Source: a virus
Taxonomy: Duplodnaviria > Caudoviricetes
IMG/VR virus record: IMGVR_UViG_3300010358_000014
Span: 1-26,632 of that record
Reading direction: 5' to 3' (one strand)
Length of the DNA: 26,632 bases
Numbering within the stretch: position 1 is the stretch's first letter; each line of letters opens with the position of its first letter. A program made the translations under genes and the position numbers. Below, in pieces: positions 14,262-25,236 of this stretch. The notes under the pieces were generated by a model, which had not been told where the DNA came from, made no database searches, and saw only the letters and a list, made by a program, of their open reading frames with translations.

Positions 14262-16883
14262 ATGTCTGAAAATGTTATTCAAGCCTCATTCGCTAGTGGT
14301 GAACTCTCCCCGAGCCTATTCGCCAGGGTTGACATTTCCAAGTACCATAGCGGCGCAGCTACAATGCGCAACTTCTTTGTCGATTACCGATCTGGAGCCT
14401 CGACAAGACCGGGAACAGAATTCATCCAGCCTTGTACCGGGATGAACCAAGTTAGACTAGTCAGATTTCAGCAATCAGTTGATGTCACTTATGTCCTGGT
14501 GTTTGAAGACGGTAAGCTCAGATTTATAGCTGATGGAGGTTCTGTTGTAGAGACAGCATTTACCATTACTGCTGTTGTTCTGGGGACTGCCACTGACTTT
14601 ACCACTTCTCCGCCCCATAACTTTGCTATTGGCGATCTTGTATTTGTCAGCGGTAATCTTGGGTTGAGCCAGGCTAATGACAGATACTTCCTAGTTGGGT
14701 CTACCTTAGGTAATCAGTTCAAAGCTGTTGACCCGTTTACTGGCGCTGAAGTTGATTCGACTACTTGGGACCCGCTAATCAGTGGCGGCATCGTGGCTAG
14801 GGTCTTTACTATAAATACCCCTTGGCCAGCTACAGCATTATCGAAGTTGAAGTTTTCCCAAAGAGCCAATACTATGAATATAACCTCGACAGTCATTGGG
14901 CCTTATATTCTGACGCTATTCTCTGCTACTAACTGGACCTTGGTTCCAGCGGTATTTGGAGCTACAATAGCCGCCCCAGGTATATCTAGCGTGACTGCCA
15001 CGTCGCTAGGGCCAGCTTCGTACAACTTCTTGGTAACGGCTATTGATCCAACTGGTCAAGAATCCGGTCCATCTAATCCGGGCCCGATTGTAGGTGTTCT
15101 CGATCTGCGAAATACAGCTGGTTCGATCGAGGTTTTCTGGACGACGGTGGGGGGAGCTACAGGTTATAATGTCTATTGTACATCGCCATCGTATCTAGGC
15201 GATCCCGGCACTAGCGTAATTCATGGCTTTGTCGGCACAGTTAATGCTCCTGGTCTACAGTTCGTCAACTCTAATATAACGCCGGACTTTAGCGCATCCC
15301 CACCGATACATAACGATCCGCTTATAAGCATAGGTCCAATTCCGCAGGTTAGCGCTTACTTTCAGCAAAGACTGGTTTACGCTAACTTCGGCGGGGCTGA
15401 CGTTGATAGGTTCACAATGAGTAAACCTGGAGCCTATTACAACTTTGATATTTCCAATCCTAGCGAGTCGGATGATTCTGTCGATGCGAGGCTCGTCAGT
15501 TTGGAGGTTAACGAGATTAAGAGCATGATCCCCATGCCATCGGGCCTAGTTATGTTGACCACTAAGGGCGCATGGCAGGTCTCAGGTGGTGCGGGTGGCG
15601 TTGCAACGCAAGGCGGACCGATCACACCAACATCACTGACGGCAACTGCTCAGGCCTATATCGGTGCTAACGATGTTCCGCCAATCTTAATCAATTATGA
15701 CATTTTGTATGTTCAACAGAAAGGTTCAATTGTTCGAGACCTAACTTACAACATCTATGCCAACATCTATACTGGCAATGACATCTCTATTATGTCTAGC
15801 CATCTCTTCTATGGCCATCAAGTTGTAGAATGGGCCTATGCAGAAGAACCGTTTAAGATTGTTTGGGTTGTTAGAGATGATGGAGCCTTGCTATCATTGA
15901 CGGCAATCAGAGAACAAGAGATGTACGGGTGGGCTAGGCATGATACTCTCGGCAATTTCAAGTCAATCTGCACTGTCACAGAAGGCGCAGTAGACGCCGC
16001 CTATGTTGTCGTAGATAGGCCCAAACCAAACGGGACCTTTATAAAGATGATAGAGAGGATACATGAACGAACATTTCCATTTGGAGCCGAAGATGCCTGG
16101 AGTTCTGATGCTGCTGTACAGAATGCCCATCAATTTCCCAATGCCGATCTAACCATTGTTCTCGGAGCGCAGGGTAATGTGGTTGGTGGGCCTGTAGGGT
16201 TCTCCACTTCTGCTGCGGTGGTTGCTAGTAACCAGGTAGGCTTTATCTTGAGAGCAGGTGGTGGAAGAGTTACAATTACCGCCGTCACATCTAACTTTAC
16301 ATTTACTGGTACGATCTTATCACCGTTTACTAATCTGTTACCAGACGACCCTATAAATCGTCCGAATATAGTCCTTAATGGGAATTGGACTTTAGATGCT
16401 CTATTCACCACAATACATGGCCTTAGCCATCTGGAGGGGCAGAAGGTATCTGTTCTGGCTGATGGTGGTGTTGTTAATGGACTAACCGTCTTTAACGCTG
16501 GCATAACTCTTCCATCTCCTGCTAGCAAAGTTACAGTGGGACTGGGCTTTCAGGCTCAGCTGCAAACAATGCCGCTCGATCTAGGCCAAGAGACCAACAC
16601 AATTCAGGGCAAGCGCAAGAAGATTGGAGCGCTAACAGTAAGAGTTAAAGATAGCCGAGGGATCAAAGCTGGGCGAACGTTTAAACATTTAGTTCCAATT
16701 AAGGAGCTTAATCAAGTAACGCAACTTAACCAGCCAGTTATGTTAGTTACTGCCGACGAACGAATAATCATGGACCCACTATGGGATGTGCCAGGGCAAG
16801 TTTGCTTACAAGTTGATGATCCGTTACCAGCTACAGTGTTGGGTGTCATTCCTGAAGTCGTAATAGGAGACACGCCAAAATGA
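14262..16883 (+). CDS. Tail tubular protein B / nozzle (T7 gp12-like)
   Basis: 873 aa (alternative GTG 14259); IQASFASGELSPSL..RVD..KY..GA..MRNF.V...GA..RPGT, YFQQRL, W.VRDDG.LL.LT...EQE..GWARH, HLEGQ.V.VLADG, V.VGL; contains an FN3-like insert (YNFLVTAID..GQES...W..V.GATGYNVY). Confidence 0.9.
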   Translation: MSENVIQASFASGELSPSLFARVDISKYHSGAATMRNFFVDYRSGASTRPGTEFIQPCTGMNQVRLVRFQQSVDVTYVLVFEDGKLRFIADGGSVVETAFTITAVVLGTATDFTTSPPHNFAIGDLVFVSGNLGLSQANDRYFLVGSTLGNQFKAVDPFTGAEVDSTTWDPLISGGIVARVFTINTPWPATALSKLKFSQRANTMNITSTVIGPYILTLFSATNWTLVPAVFGATIAAPGISSVTATSLGPASYNFLVTAIDPTGQESGPSNPGPIVGVLDLRNTAGSIEVFWTTVGGATGYNVYCTSPSYLGDPGTSVIHGFVGTVNAPGLQFVNSNITPDFSASPPIHNDPLISIGPIPQVSAYFQQRLVYANFGGADVDRFTMSKPGAYYNFDISNPSESDDSVDARLVSLEVNEIKSMIPMPSGLVMLTTKGAWQVSGGAGGVATQGGPITPTSLTATAQAYIGANDVPPILINYDILYVQQKGSIVRDLTYNIYANIYTGNDISIMSSHLFYGHQVVEWAYAEEPFKIVWVVRDDGALLSLTAIREQEMYGWARHDTLGNFKSICTVTEGAVDAAYVVVDRPKPNGTFIKMIERIHERTFPFGAEDAWSSDAAVQNAHQFPNADLTIVLGAQGNVVGGPVGFSTSAAVVASNQVGFILRAGGGRVTITAVTSNFTFTGTILSPFTNLLPDDPINRPNIVLNGNWTLDALFTTIHGLSHLEGQKVSVLADGGVVNGLTVFNAGITLPSPASKVTVGLGFQAQLQTMPLDLGQETNTIQGKRKKIGALTVRVKDSRGIKAGRTFKHLVPIKELNQVTQLNQPVMLVTADERIIMDPLWDVPGQVCLQVDDPLPATVLGVIPEVVIGDTPK

Positions 16884-17293
16884 CAGAAATTAAGCAAGTC
16901 GATTCTACTGAGGCTAAGCGATACATAAATACTCTCGTATTATCTACAGAAGAAAAATGGGGCATGGATTATTGCTTGCTAATGAGTACGTACATCTGGA
17001 TTGGATTAATCGATGGCAAGTTGGCTTGTATTTGGGGTCTAATTCCTCCAACACTAATGTCTAATCAGGCTTATCTCTGGCTCTATACCACGGACGTAAT
17101 TGAAGAGCATCAATTCATTCTGGTTCGTCACTCACAGTTAGTCATGGAGGAGATGCTAAAGCGATACCCATCAATCTGTGGCCATGCCATAGTTGGCAAC
17201 GACAAGGCAATTCGATGGTTGAAGTGGCTAGGAGCAAGATTTGGTGAACCGCAAGGGAAGGGTCTACCATTTAGGATAAGTCGAAATGGCTAA
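16880..17293 (+). CDS. T7 gp13-like / GNAT-fold virion assembly protein
   Basis: Position between nozzle and ejection genes; IDGK.ACIWG, WL.TTD.I, N.KAIRWLKWLGA.F motif. Confidence 0.75.
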   Translation: MTEIKQVDSTEAKRYINTLVLSTEEKWGMDYCLLMSTYIWIGLIDGKLACIWGLIPPTLMSNQAYLWLYTTDVIEEHQFILVRHSQLVMEEMLKRYPSICGHAIVGNDKAIRWLKWLGARFGEPQGKGLPFRISRNG

Positions 17294-18077
17294 TGCGGCT
17301 GGAATGATTGGGATTGGATCGTCGCTGCTTGGTGGCATATTCGGCGCTCAGGGTGCAGCGACGAAGGCTGCTGGTGAGCAGCTGAATATTGAAGGCCAGA
17401 TGCTCCATACGATAGGACAGGCCTTTCAATTTGATGTTGCGGCTCAAGAATGGACATTTAAGTCGGGTGTTGAGGCATATCAGCAAGCTGTCTCTCTAAT
17501 GAATAGAGACATAGCTAAACAGAATGCTATCTGGTCTCTTAGGACCGGCGACATCAAGGCCGAAGAAGCTGGAATGCAAGCTAGATTTGAACTCGGTGCG
17601 GCGAAAGCCTCGCAAGGGGCATCTGGCATAGACATTAACTCCGGCTCTTCCGTTCATGTTCGTGAGAGTATGATTGAAATAGGTGCTTATAACCAAGCCT
17701 TAATTCGAGCCGACGCTGCTAAGACAGCGTATGGTCACGAAGTCGAGGCTAGTCAAGCCGAGGCGCAGGCTGCTGTTCATAGTATGATGTCCGATCTAGA
17801 TAAGATGAATGCGATTAATGCTACGACAGCTGCTGGAATTACACGGCAAGCCTTACCATTAGAACAGCAGGCTATGGGTCTGGCTAAGACAGCAGGAGAT
17901 ATTGGAGTAATGTCATCGCTGGTTAGTGCTGCTGGTGGTGTATCTAGTAAGTGGTTACAGGGCAATTTCTCTGGAATGCTTGGCGGTGGTGGTGGTGGCG
18001 GTCCAACTAGCCCAGGCCCGGTTGCAGCGCCAGTAAGTACATTGGGTGCTGGCGCTCCTACTTTCGGTGAGGAATAA
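17286..18077 (+). CDS. Internal virion (ejection) protein, gp14-like
   Basis: Gly/Ala-rich hydrophobic N-terminus, Ala/Gln-rich helices, GASGIDINSGS motif; synteny. Confidence 0.75.
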   Translation: MANAAGMIGIGSSLLGGIFGAQGAATKAAGEQLNIEGQMLHTIGQAFQFDVAAQEWTFKSGVEAYQQAVSLMNRDIAKQNAIWSLRTGDIKAEEAGMQARFELGAAKASQGASGIDINSGSSVHVRESMIEIGAYNQALIRADAAKTAYGHEVEASQAEAQAAVHSMMSDLDKMNAINATTAAGITRQALPLEQQAMGLAKTAGDIGVMSSLVSAAGGVSSKWLQGNFSGMLGGGGGGGPTSPGPVAAPVSTLGAGAPTFGEE

Positions 18078-19969
18078 TGCCAGAGGTTCCGTATAAACCA
18101 GTTCCGTCTGTTGCGCCGGAGGATAGACCGACTCCTCGAGTTGGCATTGAGTTCGGCCGTATTCATTTTGCCCAGTCTATTGGCGAAGCCCTAGGCCAAC
18201 TAGGCGCTGGTCGTCAGGTTCTCGGTCGTGCTACTGAACAGGTGGGTGGCGCTTTAGCTCAATTGGGTGGGAGCTTCGAAAGGGCTGGCGATGAGATTTT
18301 CAGTCGTGCTGCTGCTATAAAGGGAGTTGAGAATCAAACAGCCGCTACTGAGGCCGATACTAAATATTTGATGATGTCTGTCCAACAAGAAGCTGCTTTC
18401 CAATCTCAGACTGGAAATGCCGCCTCTCAAGGCCTGGACGCACATATGAAAAGCCTAGATAATCTAAGGCAGCAGATTAGATCTACGCTGCCGAATGATC
18501 AAGCTCGCCATATGTATGATCATCAATCCCTACAGACTATGAGTAGGGCCGTGTGGCGTGCTGGAATGCATGCCGCACAGCAAGGTAAGGCTGCGGCCTT
18601 AGGGGCAGAGAAGGCTAGATCAGACATGGAGGTAACCGATCTTTTCAATCATGCTACAGGGGTTAGCGATGAGGAGTTTGATTCGAGACTCAAGGACTTG
18701 ATGCAGAGATGGGAGGAAAGAGAAGCGCCGCTGGAGGGACTTAAAGGTGACCAGCTTAAAGAGGCTAGGCAACAAAGATTGTCTAAGTATTGGGCCGCCC
18801 GTATCGGCGGAATAGGTCAAGATGATCAGCAGCGTGCGCTGGCATTACTTAATAAGGCACAAGATAACAATTGGATTAAGCCGGACGCTGCTGAAGGACT
18901 TCGTACAAAACTTGGTAAGCAATACGAGAATACTTTCGCTAGAAATGAGACTGATAAACTTACGGACTTCTTGAATAAACCAGCGACTATGGAAGAAAGA
19001 AGGAAAGAGCCAACCGAAGCTCAGATAATTCAAAAGGCCTGGGACAAAGTCGATGCTGATCCAATGCTGAAGGACAAGCCTGGAGCAAAGATGTTCATTG
19101 CACAGCAGATTTCAGCTAAATTCTCAGTGATAAATAAAGTCAGAGCGGACCAAGATAAGAGAGACAAGTATATTCTTGATTATGCTGCTGACGGTAAATT
19201 CCGGCCAGATCAACCAATTCCTAGGACCATGGAGGAATTTAAGGCGCAGCACCCTGGTGTGGAGGAGGCGTTTAATCGGGCCGATCCAGCCGTACAAAGG
19301 AAATATGAAGGCTTTGTTCTTGGTAGAAACAATAAAACGGATTATCCTCCAACTAATGAACAGCACCGTGAAGTAAGGAGGATAATGGGTATGCTTCAGT
19401 CGGACGATCGTAGGGCTGAAGCACTGGATATTGACATCGAAAGTATGCCTTGGCCAAGGGCGTGGAGAGACAAAGTTCAGAACGAGCAGCAGAGAGTAGC
19501 TAAATTGTCTGGGGCCGATCCTAGGATAAATAAATGGATGCAACTGGGCGGCACGGATATTCCGGAATCAATTAGGAGGGGTGACGATAAAGACCTACGA
19601 GATTTGTATAAGAATTCATTAATGGAGGCTGGAGAAGCATTCCAAGAAACTATGAAACGTCCACCAACCGCTGGTGAGGTAAAACAGATAGTTAGATTTC
19701 TCAATGAGGAAGTTGGTGAGGGAACCTTCTGGCGAAAAATATTTGGTCAGGGAGGTTATCAGAGATGGGAAATCCCACCTAATAAAGTTACTGAATACAT
19801 GCGCAGGTTTGGCGTTAATGAAAATGTGGCTAAGGACATCTACATAAGGAGCCAAATGATTGATAGATTGAAGGGAGTAGCGCCTGCTAGGAGAGAAGGA
19901 ATCACGCCGTCTGAACTGGTCGGAACACAGACGCCAACATTTACTATTACTCCGGCGGAGACTGAATGA
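18077..19969 (+). CDS. Internal virion (ejection) protein, gp15-like
   Basis: 630 aa, MPEVPY start, helical, FAQSIGEALGQLG...G.NA pattern; TAATG coupling; synteny. Confidence 0.7.
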   Translation: MPEVPYKPVPSVAPEDRPTPRVGIEFGRIHFAQSIGEALGQLGAGRQVLGRATEQVGGALAQLGGSFERAGDEIFSRAAAIKGVENQTAATEADTKYLMMSVQQEAAFQSQTGNAASQGLDAHMKSLDNLRQQIRSTLPNDQARHMYDHQSLQTMSRAVWRAGMHAAQQGKAAALGAEKARSDMEVTDLFNHATGVSDEEFDSRLKDLMQRWEEREAPLEGLKGDQLKEARQQRLSKYWAARIGGIGQDDQQRALALLNKAQDNNWIKPDAAEGLRTKLGKQYENTFARNETDKLTDFLNKPATMEERRKEPTEAQIIQKAWDKVDADPMLKDKPGAKMFIAQQISAKFSVINKVRADQDKRDKYILDYAADGKFRPDQPIPRTMEEFKAQHPGVEEAFNRADPAVQRKYEGFVLGRNNKTDYPPTNEQHREVRRIMGMLQSDDRRAEALDIDIESMPWPRAWRDKVQNEQQRVAKLSGADPRINKWMQLGGTDIPESIRRGDDKDLRDLYKNSLMEAGEAFQETMKRPPTAGEVKQIVRFLNEEVGEGTFWRKIFGQGGYQRWEIPPNKVTEYMRRFGVNENVAKDIYIRSQMIDRLKGVAPARREGITPSELVGTQTPTFTITPAETE

Positions 19970-22900
19970 TGCCTGATTCAGCTGATCAAGCCTACTCTGA
20001 GATTATGGGTGCGAGGCAACTGCGTACTCAATCGAGAGTTAGTGAAGGAATGGAAGGCAACCCAGACAAAGCGGCTAGGGCCATCCAAATAGGCCAAGAG
20101 ACGAATACAAATCCGGTAGATACGTATCATGATTTGGATTCAGTAGATCAAGCGTATAAGGGCATATTAGCTAATGAAGTGGTCAATCGCAATAGTGTGC
20201 TTCAGCAGTACGTCAATAGTAATCGATTGCATTCTACGGTTAGTAATGACGACTGGCACAACCTAGATGCATACACTAGGGTCATGGATAAATGGCCATC
20301 TCATCTACCTGGATGGCTAGGGGGAGAAACTGCGACCCAAGTTCTTAAAACTACTGGTCAGAGAATTATTAGTATCCCATATGGCGCATCGAAAGGAGCT
20401 GAACGGGACGTTATGTATATATGGGATGCACTTAAGTCTAGCGTGATGGATATTTATCGAGCCCCCGGAGTAATCTCTGGGATGGAGGACCCGCCAGAAT
20501 TGATACCAGAGAAGCTTCAACCATATTTGGGTAGTATGAAGCATCTCAAGGAATATACTGAACAACATCTGAGGGATGCGGGAGTATCTGAGTCTGGTGT
20601 TAAGGCAGCGCTATACGCTGAATCGTTAGTTCACCGATACGTGGCGGTTGGTCAAATGACCATGCCGCTAATCGTTGCTGCTGCTGGTGGTCCTTTGGCT
20701 GGAATACTAGCAGCGATGGCTCCAGGATTAATAAGGGCGGAAATTTCAGAGCCTATAGAGAAGATGACTGGCTTTCCGGCCGAGGCAACAGAAGGGTTGC
20801 TGATGGGGGCTGGAATTATAGCTGGCGTTGCGCCCAAGTTCATGCCCGGATACATGACTCCATTGGAGAGAATGAGGTATCGCCAACAGCTAGATAGAAT
20901 AGGAGAAATGGTTCGTGCTACTGAGTATAGGGTTAAATCTGGTCAGGCTCCACATCCTGGAATGGATGAAATAGCCAATGCGATATTGGCTAGGGCTAGT
21001 AAAGACGCTATGGAGGTTCATGATGAAGCGATTCGTGCTGCGCTGCAATCTATAACCAAACAACGGTCACCCGATTCGTTTGCAAGACTAGCTGAGTTAC
21101 AGGTCAATGATAGTATGTACGTTGACTCTGACGCTGTCAGGCGGATATATGGGAATAACGACCCCATGCCTGGCGATGGGATACTAGGTAATGTTCCAGG
21201 GCTCATCGATGAGTTTAGAAATGCTGAGTACACTGGTGGATTTATTCCCATCAAGTATAGTGATTGGCTAAATCTAGTTGATGATGCTCTCAAGCAACAA
21301 TTACATGACCATGTTAAACCAACTCGAGAATTGTTAACCATAGATCAAGCCAATAAGATTGAAGCTAGAGAGTTAGCCGATCAGCAACGATTCGAGACGC
21401 TGAAACAGGAACACGATCAGCTCTCTCAGCAGTTAAAGACCGAGACAGACCCACAGAAAATAGCGGAGATGAGTGCTAGGATAGCTGAGCTAGAGGATCA
21501 GTATAGACCTAAGCCTAGAGCTGAGATTCGTATGCATGATGGAATGTACAACGTTTACGTCGATGGAGTATTGGATAATAGTTGGCCAACCACAGCCGAC
21601 GCACAGCGATACATCGCACAGCAGGGGTGGGAATTTGGTGGTACACATGAGGATTTAGTTAAGCGGGCTGCTGGCATTGATCAGATAGAACCAGTTCTAG
21701 AGCAGCCTGGAATGGATGCTAAGGAACTATTTGTCGGCCAGCGTAAGTTGGGGTTGCCGCAGAAATTGTATGATAGGTGGCAACGCTTAATGCAGAAGTC
21801 ATATACGGCTAGACAGCATAGAGAGCGCAGAGAAGCTAGGGAGGACGTAGAGAGAAAACAGGAGTCGTGGTGGAGAGATAAGTGGGTAGAGGAACGCCAG
21901 AATGTTTGGGAGGAAATGGGGCGGCTTCCTGAATATCAAATGTATCGATACTTCAATGAGGGGTTCTTGTATGGAGATAAAATCCCTGACGAAATGCGGA
22001 AGATTGACCCCAAGTATTTAACAGAAGACGAACGTAAGGCCATTCCTGCTAAGTGGCAGAAGAAGGGAGGAATGAACCCGGATGATATAGCTGGTGAGTT
22101 TGAATTCAACAGTGGCAGGGAATTCATTCAGGCAATGGTCAATATTGAAAAGCTCAGAGCGGGAGAAGGCCCAAAGGCATTCTGGGAGCGCTACGCCAAT
22201 CGTACAACAGATGGAGTAATGGAAGCAAAGTATGGTAAGCTGGCTAGTAGAATCGATGCTGAACTTACCGATCATGCTACTGGTCTTACCGAAATGGAGA
22301 AGATGGAGCAGGGCCTGTTGGGAATGGCTCTCAGAGCGGGTATACCTGAGGAGGGGTTGCCAATATCCAGAGAGCAGCAGCAGATAATGGTTCAGCAGGA
22401 GTTTAGCCAATACGTTAAATGGGATCGCCGGCTAGTTGACAAATATATGAGAGATATGGGTAAGGCATGGCAGAACGTTATCGAGGCCGCTAGCAAAGGC
22501 GATTGGGTTACCGCATTCAAGCATATGCAGCAGCAATATAATGCCATGCTATATGTACAAGAAGCCAAGAGATTCAATAAGACAATCGATAAGTATGATA
22601 GAAATACAGATATACTGCTCAGAAGGGGTCTCGATAGATTGGCAGAAACGCTTCCCGGAGCACATATTGATCACCTTCATGACATATTGACACGTACAGG
22701 ACACGTCGTTAGGAGAACTATGGATAATATTAATTCGAGTCTTGCTCAGCGTGGGGAGGATGCAACGCTCGAGAAGTTTTGGCAACGGCGGGAGAGAGCC
22801 GGATTGCCAAGGGATCAAGCATTGGACGAAACAGAACGAATGCCAAGCATGATAGTTTATCCCGAATTGTTTAACAAGTCCTGGAACAAAGACATTAAGA

Positions 22901-25224
22901 CTATGAACGTCTGGGAAGCTAAGAGCGTAATGGATACCATTCAATCGATAATGGAACATGGACGCAACGAAAGCAAACTATTCGTTAGAGAGAAAGCATT
23001 GAACCTGGCTGAGGCTAAGGGTGAGATGATCGATGATCTTAGTAAGTTTAAAGAGAGGAAGATTGTTAGGGATGCACTAGGTAAAGTTAAAGAAAGTCCC
23101 TTCTTGTCTAAGCTAGTTGGGTTGAAGAGCATTGAATGGATATTTGATCGGTGGGCACATGACAATCCTGATAGTGCGTTTCATAGGTATCTGTTGAATC
23201 CAATCATTGAAGCCAACTATAATTGGAGGCGTTTGACAGATAGAGTATATGCGCCGAGAATTTCCGCTTTGGCCAAGTATGGCACAGACCTTAAGGAATC
23301 GATACCTAATAGCATATTTTATGAACCCCAGCAACTAGTCAGGGATAAGCAAACTGGCAAGATGATGCCAGACCTTGGTAATGCCAAGTATAGGACAATG
23401 ACCAGGGCTAATCTCAGGGCGGTAATGTTGAACCTAGGAACCCCGTCAAACCTCGAGAAATTACTCAGAGGCTATGGAATTGACTATACTCAGGCGAATA
23501 TACGCATGGTTGAGAACTGGGTCGAGCGTCATGCTACAGCAGAAGATTGGTCGTATGTTAAAGATGTATGGGATATATTCAAGGACATTCAGAAAGAATC
23601 TGATGCAATGACGATGCGAATGAACGGCACTATTATCGATAAGATACCTACTAGGGTAATCGATTCGCCGTCGCAGGGCAGGATTCAAGGTGCATACTAT
23701 CCAATGATATATGAGGATCATCCGGTCAATCGTGGAATCAGGGATGACATCGGGGAATTCCATAATATTAAACAACCTAGGACTGCACAAGGATTCGAGA
23801 AGGAAAGAACTGGCTTCTTTGGTCCAGTGGCGCTAGACATCGATGGTATGACTACACATATAGCCCGTAGGCTTAGAGATATAGCATTCAGAGAAGTGAT
23901 ACGTGAGGCATCTAAGATTATGTTGGATAGTGATTTTCAGCAAGCAGTCACTAGGTACCAAGGCCCTGAATTTGCTGGACTATTCGAGAGGTATCTCAGG
24001 GATATGGCCGGTCAACCTGGCATTAACTCTAGGGCTTACAATTCGCTCAATAGATTCCTAGACATACTGAGACAAAGAGTAGTTAGCGCAGCAATCGCTT
24101 ATAGGCCCAGCGTTCCTCTTAAACATGCGCCGACCGCAATATCTCATGGAATCACTGAAGTCGGATTGGAGAATTACGTTAGAGCCTTAGGGCAGATTGC
24201 TTATAGTGATAGATACACTATAATGGGCAACCACGATTGGATAATGGAACATTCTGGGGAGCTTCAGCAGCGGAATAAAATGTGGTACGAATCACTAGCC
24301 GGTGCCCAAGAGGAGGTTGAAGGTACGCCTAGATGGAGAGACTTATTGACTAGGCGGTGGGGTGCGATGGATTTAATCTCAACCGCTAATAAGTTAAACA
24401 TGCGAACAGGGGCGATGGTAGTTTCCAAGACTGACTTGATGTCAGCGAAGGTAGTATGGCTGGCTAAATATACTCAGGAAATGGATAGGATGAAGGCCGG
24501 AATATGGACCTATGAAGAAGCACAGAAAGAAGCTTCGATGTTAGCAGATAGAGCCGTTAGGCGGGCTCATGGTTCCACGTTGTTAGCTACTAGACCTGAA
24601 TTTATGAGAAGGAATGATGCCTTGTGGCGTAGCATGACATCGCTATATACATTCTTCAACGCTACATTGGGCAGAGGGTATAGAATCATGTGGAAAACGC
24701 AGGATATGCTACATGACTCTGAGAATAATCTAAGAGCTCCAACCTTAAAGGAAGTCACCGACGTAAGTAAAGATGTTACTTCGTTCTTCTTGATTCCAGC
24801 ACTTATCGAGGGAGCAGTAGGATCGCTAAGCTATGCGGTTAGTCCCAGAAGAAAGATGACTTGGAGTATGTGGTATGGGATGGCATTGATGCATCTAGTA
24901 GGAGGAATGATACCGGGGTTTAGAGAAGGTATTCACGCTATGCAAACGGGAATGGAACCAGCAGAAGGAATGCTTGGTGGGTGGGCTAGACCGCTAACTC
25001 ATTTTGGACATAAAGTCATAACTGAGCCTAGTAAGGTTACCGTAGGAGATGCGGCAAGGGGAGCCTTATCTGTCTTAGCTCTATATGGACTCGGAGGATT
25101 CTATACAGCAGATATGATAGGCGGCATGATAGACCAGATGGAAGGCAGACAACGTCCAGTTAAAGATTTACCAACGTCAATCGAATTCCTGATGCGAGGA
25201 ACGACTAAACCGCCGAGACACTAG
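19966..25224 (+). CDS. Large internal virion (ejection/DNA-transfer) protein, gp16-like
   Basis: 1752 aa; hydrophobic segments near aa 230-290 and the C-terminus; GAYYPMIY, A...ADRAVR..HGS, T.LYTFFN motifs seen in large podophage ejection proteins. Confidence 0.78.
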   Translation: MMPDSADQAYSEIMGARQLRTQSRVSEGMEGNPDKAARAIQIGQETNTNPVDTYHDLDSVDQAYKGILANEVVNRNSVLQQYVNSNRLHSTVSNDDWHNLDAYTRVMDKWPSHLPGWLGGETATQVLKTTGQRIISIPYGASKGAERDVMYIWDALKSSVMDIYRAPGVISGMEDPPELIPEKLQPYLGSMKHLKEYTEQHLRDAGVSESGVKAALYAESLVHRYVAVGQMTMPLIVAAAGGPLAGILAAMAPGLIRAEISEPIEKMTGFPAEATEGLLMGAGIIAGVAPKFMPGYMTPLERMRYRQQLDRIGEMVRATEYRVKSGQAPHPGMDEIANAILARASKDAMEVHDEAIRAALQSITKQRSPDSFARLAELQVNDSMYVDSDAVRRIYGNNDPMPGDGILGNVPGLIDEFRNAEYTGGFIPIKYSDWLNLVDDALKQQLHDHVKPTRELLTIDQANKIEARELADQQRFETLKQEHDQLSQQLKTETDPQKIAEMSARIAELEDQYRPKPRAEIRMHDGMYNVYVDGVLDNSWPTTADAQRYIAQQGWEFGGTHEDLVKRAAGIDQIEPVLEQPGMDAKELFVGQRKLGLPQKLYDRWQRLMQKSYTARQHRERREAREDVERKQESWWRDKWVEERQNVWEEMGRLPEYQMYRYFNEGFLYGDKIPDEMRKIDPKYLTEDERKAIPAKWQKKGGMNPDDIAGEFEFNSGREFIQAMVNIEKLRAGEGPKAFWERYANRTTDGVMEAKYGKLASRIDAELTDHATGLTEMEKMEQGLLGMALRAGIPEEGLPISREQQQIMVQQEFSQYVKWDRRLVDKYMRDMGKAWQNVIEAASKGDWVTAFKHMQQQYNAMLYVQEAKRFNKTIDKYDRNTDILLRRGLDRLAETLPGAHIDHLHDILTRTGHVVRRTMDNINSSLAQRGEDATLEKFWQRRERAGLPRDQALDETERMPSMIVYPELFNKSWNKDIKTMNVWEAKSVMDTIQSIMEHGRNESKLFVREKALNLAEAKGEMIDDLSKFKERKIVRDALGKVKESPFLSKLVGLKSIEWIFDRWAHDNPDSAFHRYLLNPIIEANYNWRRLTDRVYAPRISALAKYGTDLKESIPNSIFYEPQQLVRDKQTGKMMPDLGNAKYRTMTRANLRAVMLNLGTPSNLEKLLRGYGIDYTQANIRMVENWVERHATAEDWSYVKDVWDIFKDIQKESDAMTMRMNGTIIDKIPTRVIDSPSQGRIQGAYYPMIYEDHPVNRGIRDDIGEFHNIKQPRTAQGFEKERTGFFGPVALDIDGMTTHIARRLRDIAFREVIREASKIMLDSDFQQAVTRYQGPEFAGLFERYLRDMAGQPGINSRAYNSLNRFLDILRQRVVSAAIAYRPSVPLKHAPTAISHGITEVGLENYVRALGQIAYSDRYTIMGNHDWIMEHSGELQQRNKMWYESLAGAQEEVEGTPRWRDLLTRRWGAMDLISTANKLNMRTGAMVVSKTDLMSAKVVWLAKYTQEMDRMKAGIWTYEEAQKEASMLADRAVRRAHGSTLLATRPEFMRRNDALWRSMTSLYTFFNATLGRGYRIMWKTQDMLHDSENNLRAPTLKEVTDVSKDVTSFFLIPALIEGAVGSLSYAVSPRRKMTWSMWYGMALMHLVGGMIPGFREGIHAMQTGMEPAEGMLGGWARPLTHFGHKVITEPSKVTVGDAARGALSVLALYGLGGFYTADMIGGMIDQMEGRQRPVKDLPTSIEFLMRGTTKPPRH

Positions 25225-25236
25225 GGAGCTATACAA

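Noticed and set aside
1425-18077. Shared C-terminal TFG(G)EE in ORF 1051 and the gp14-like protein
   Set aside because: Explained by the Shine-Dalgarno sequence of the next gene being encoded in the last codons
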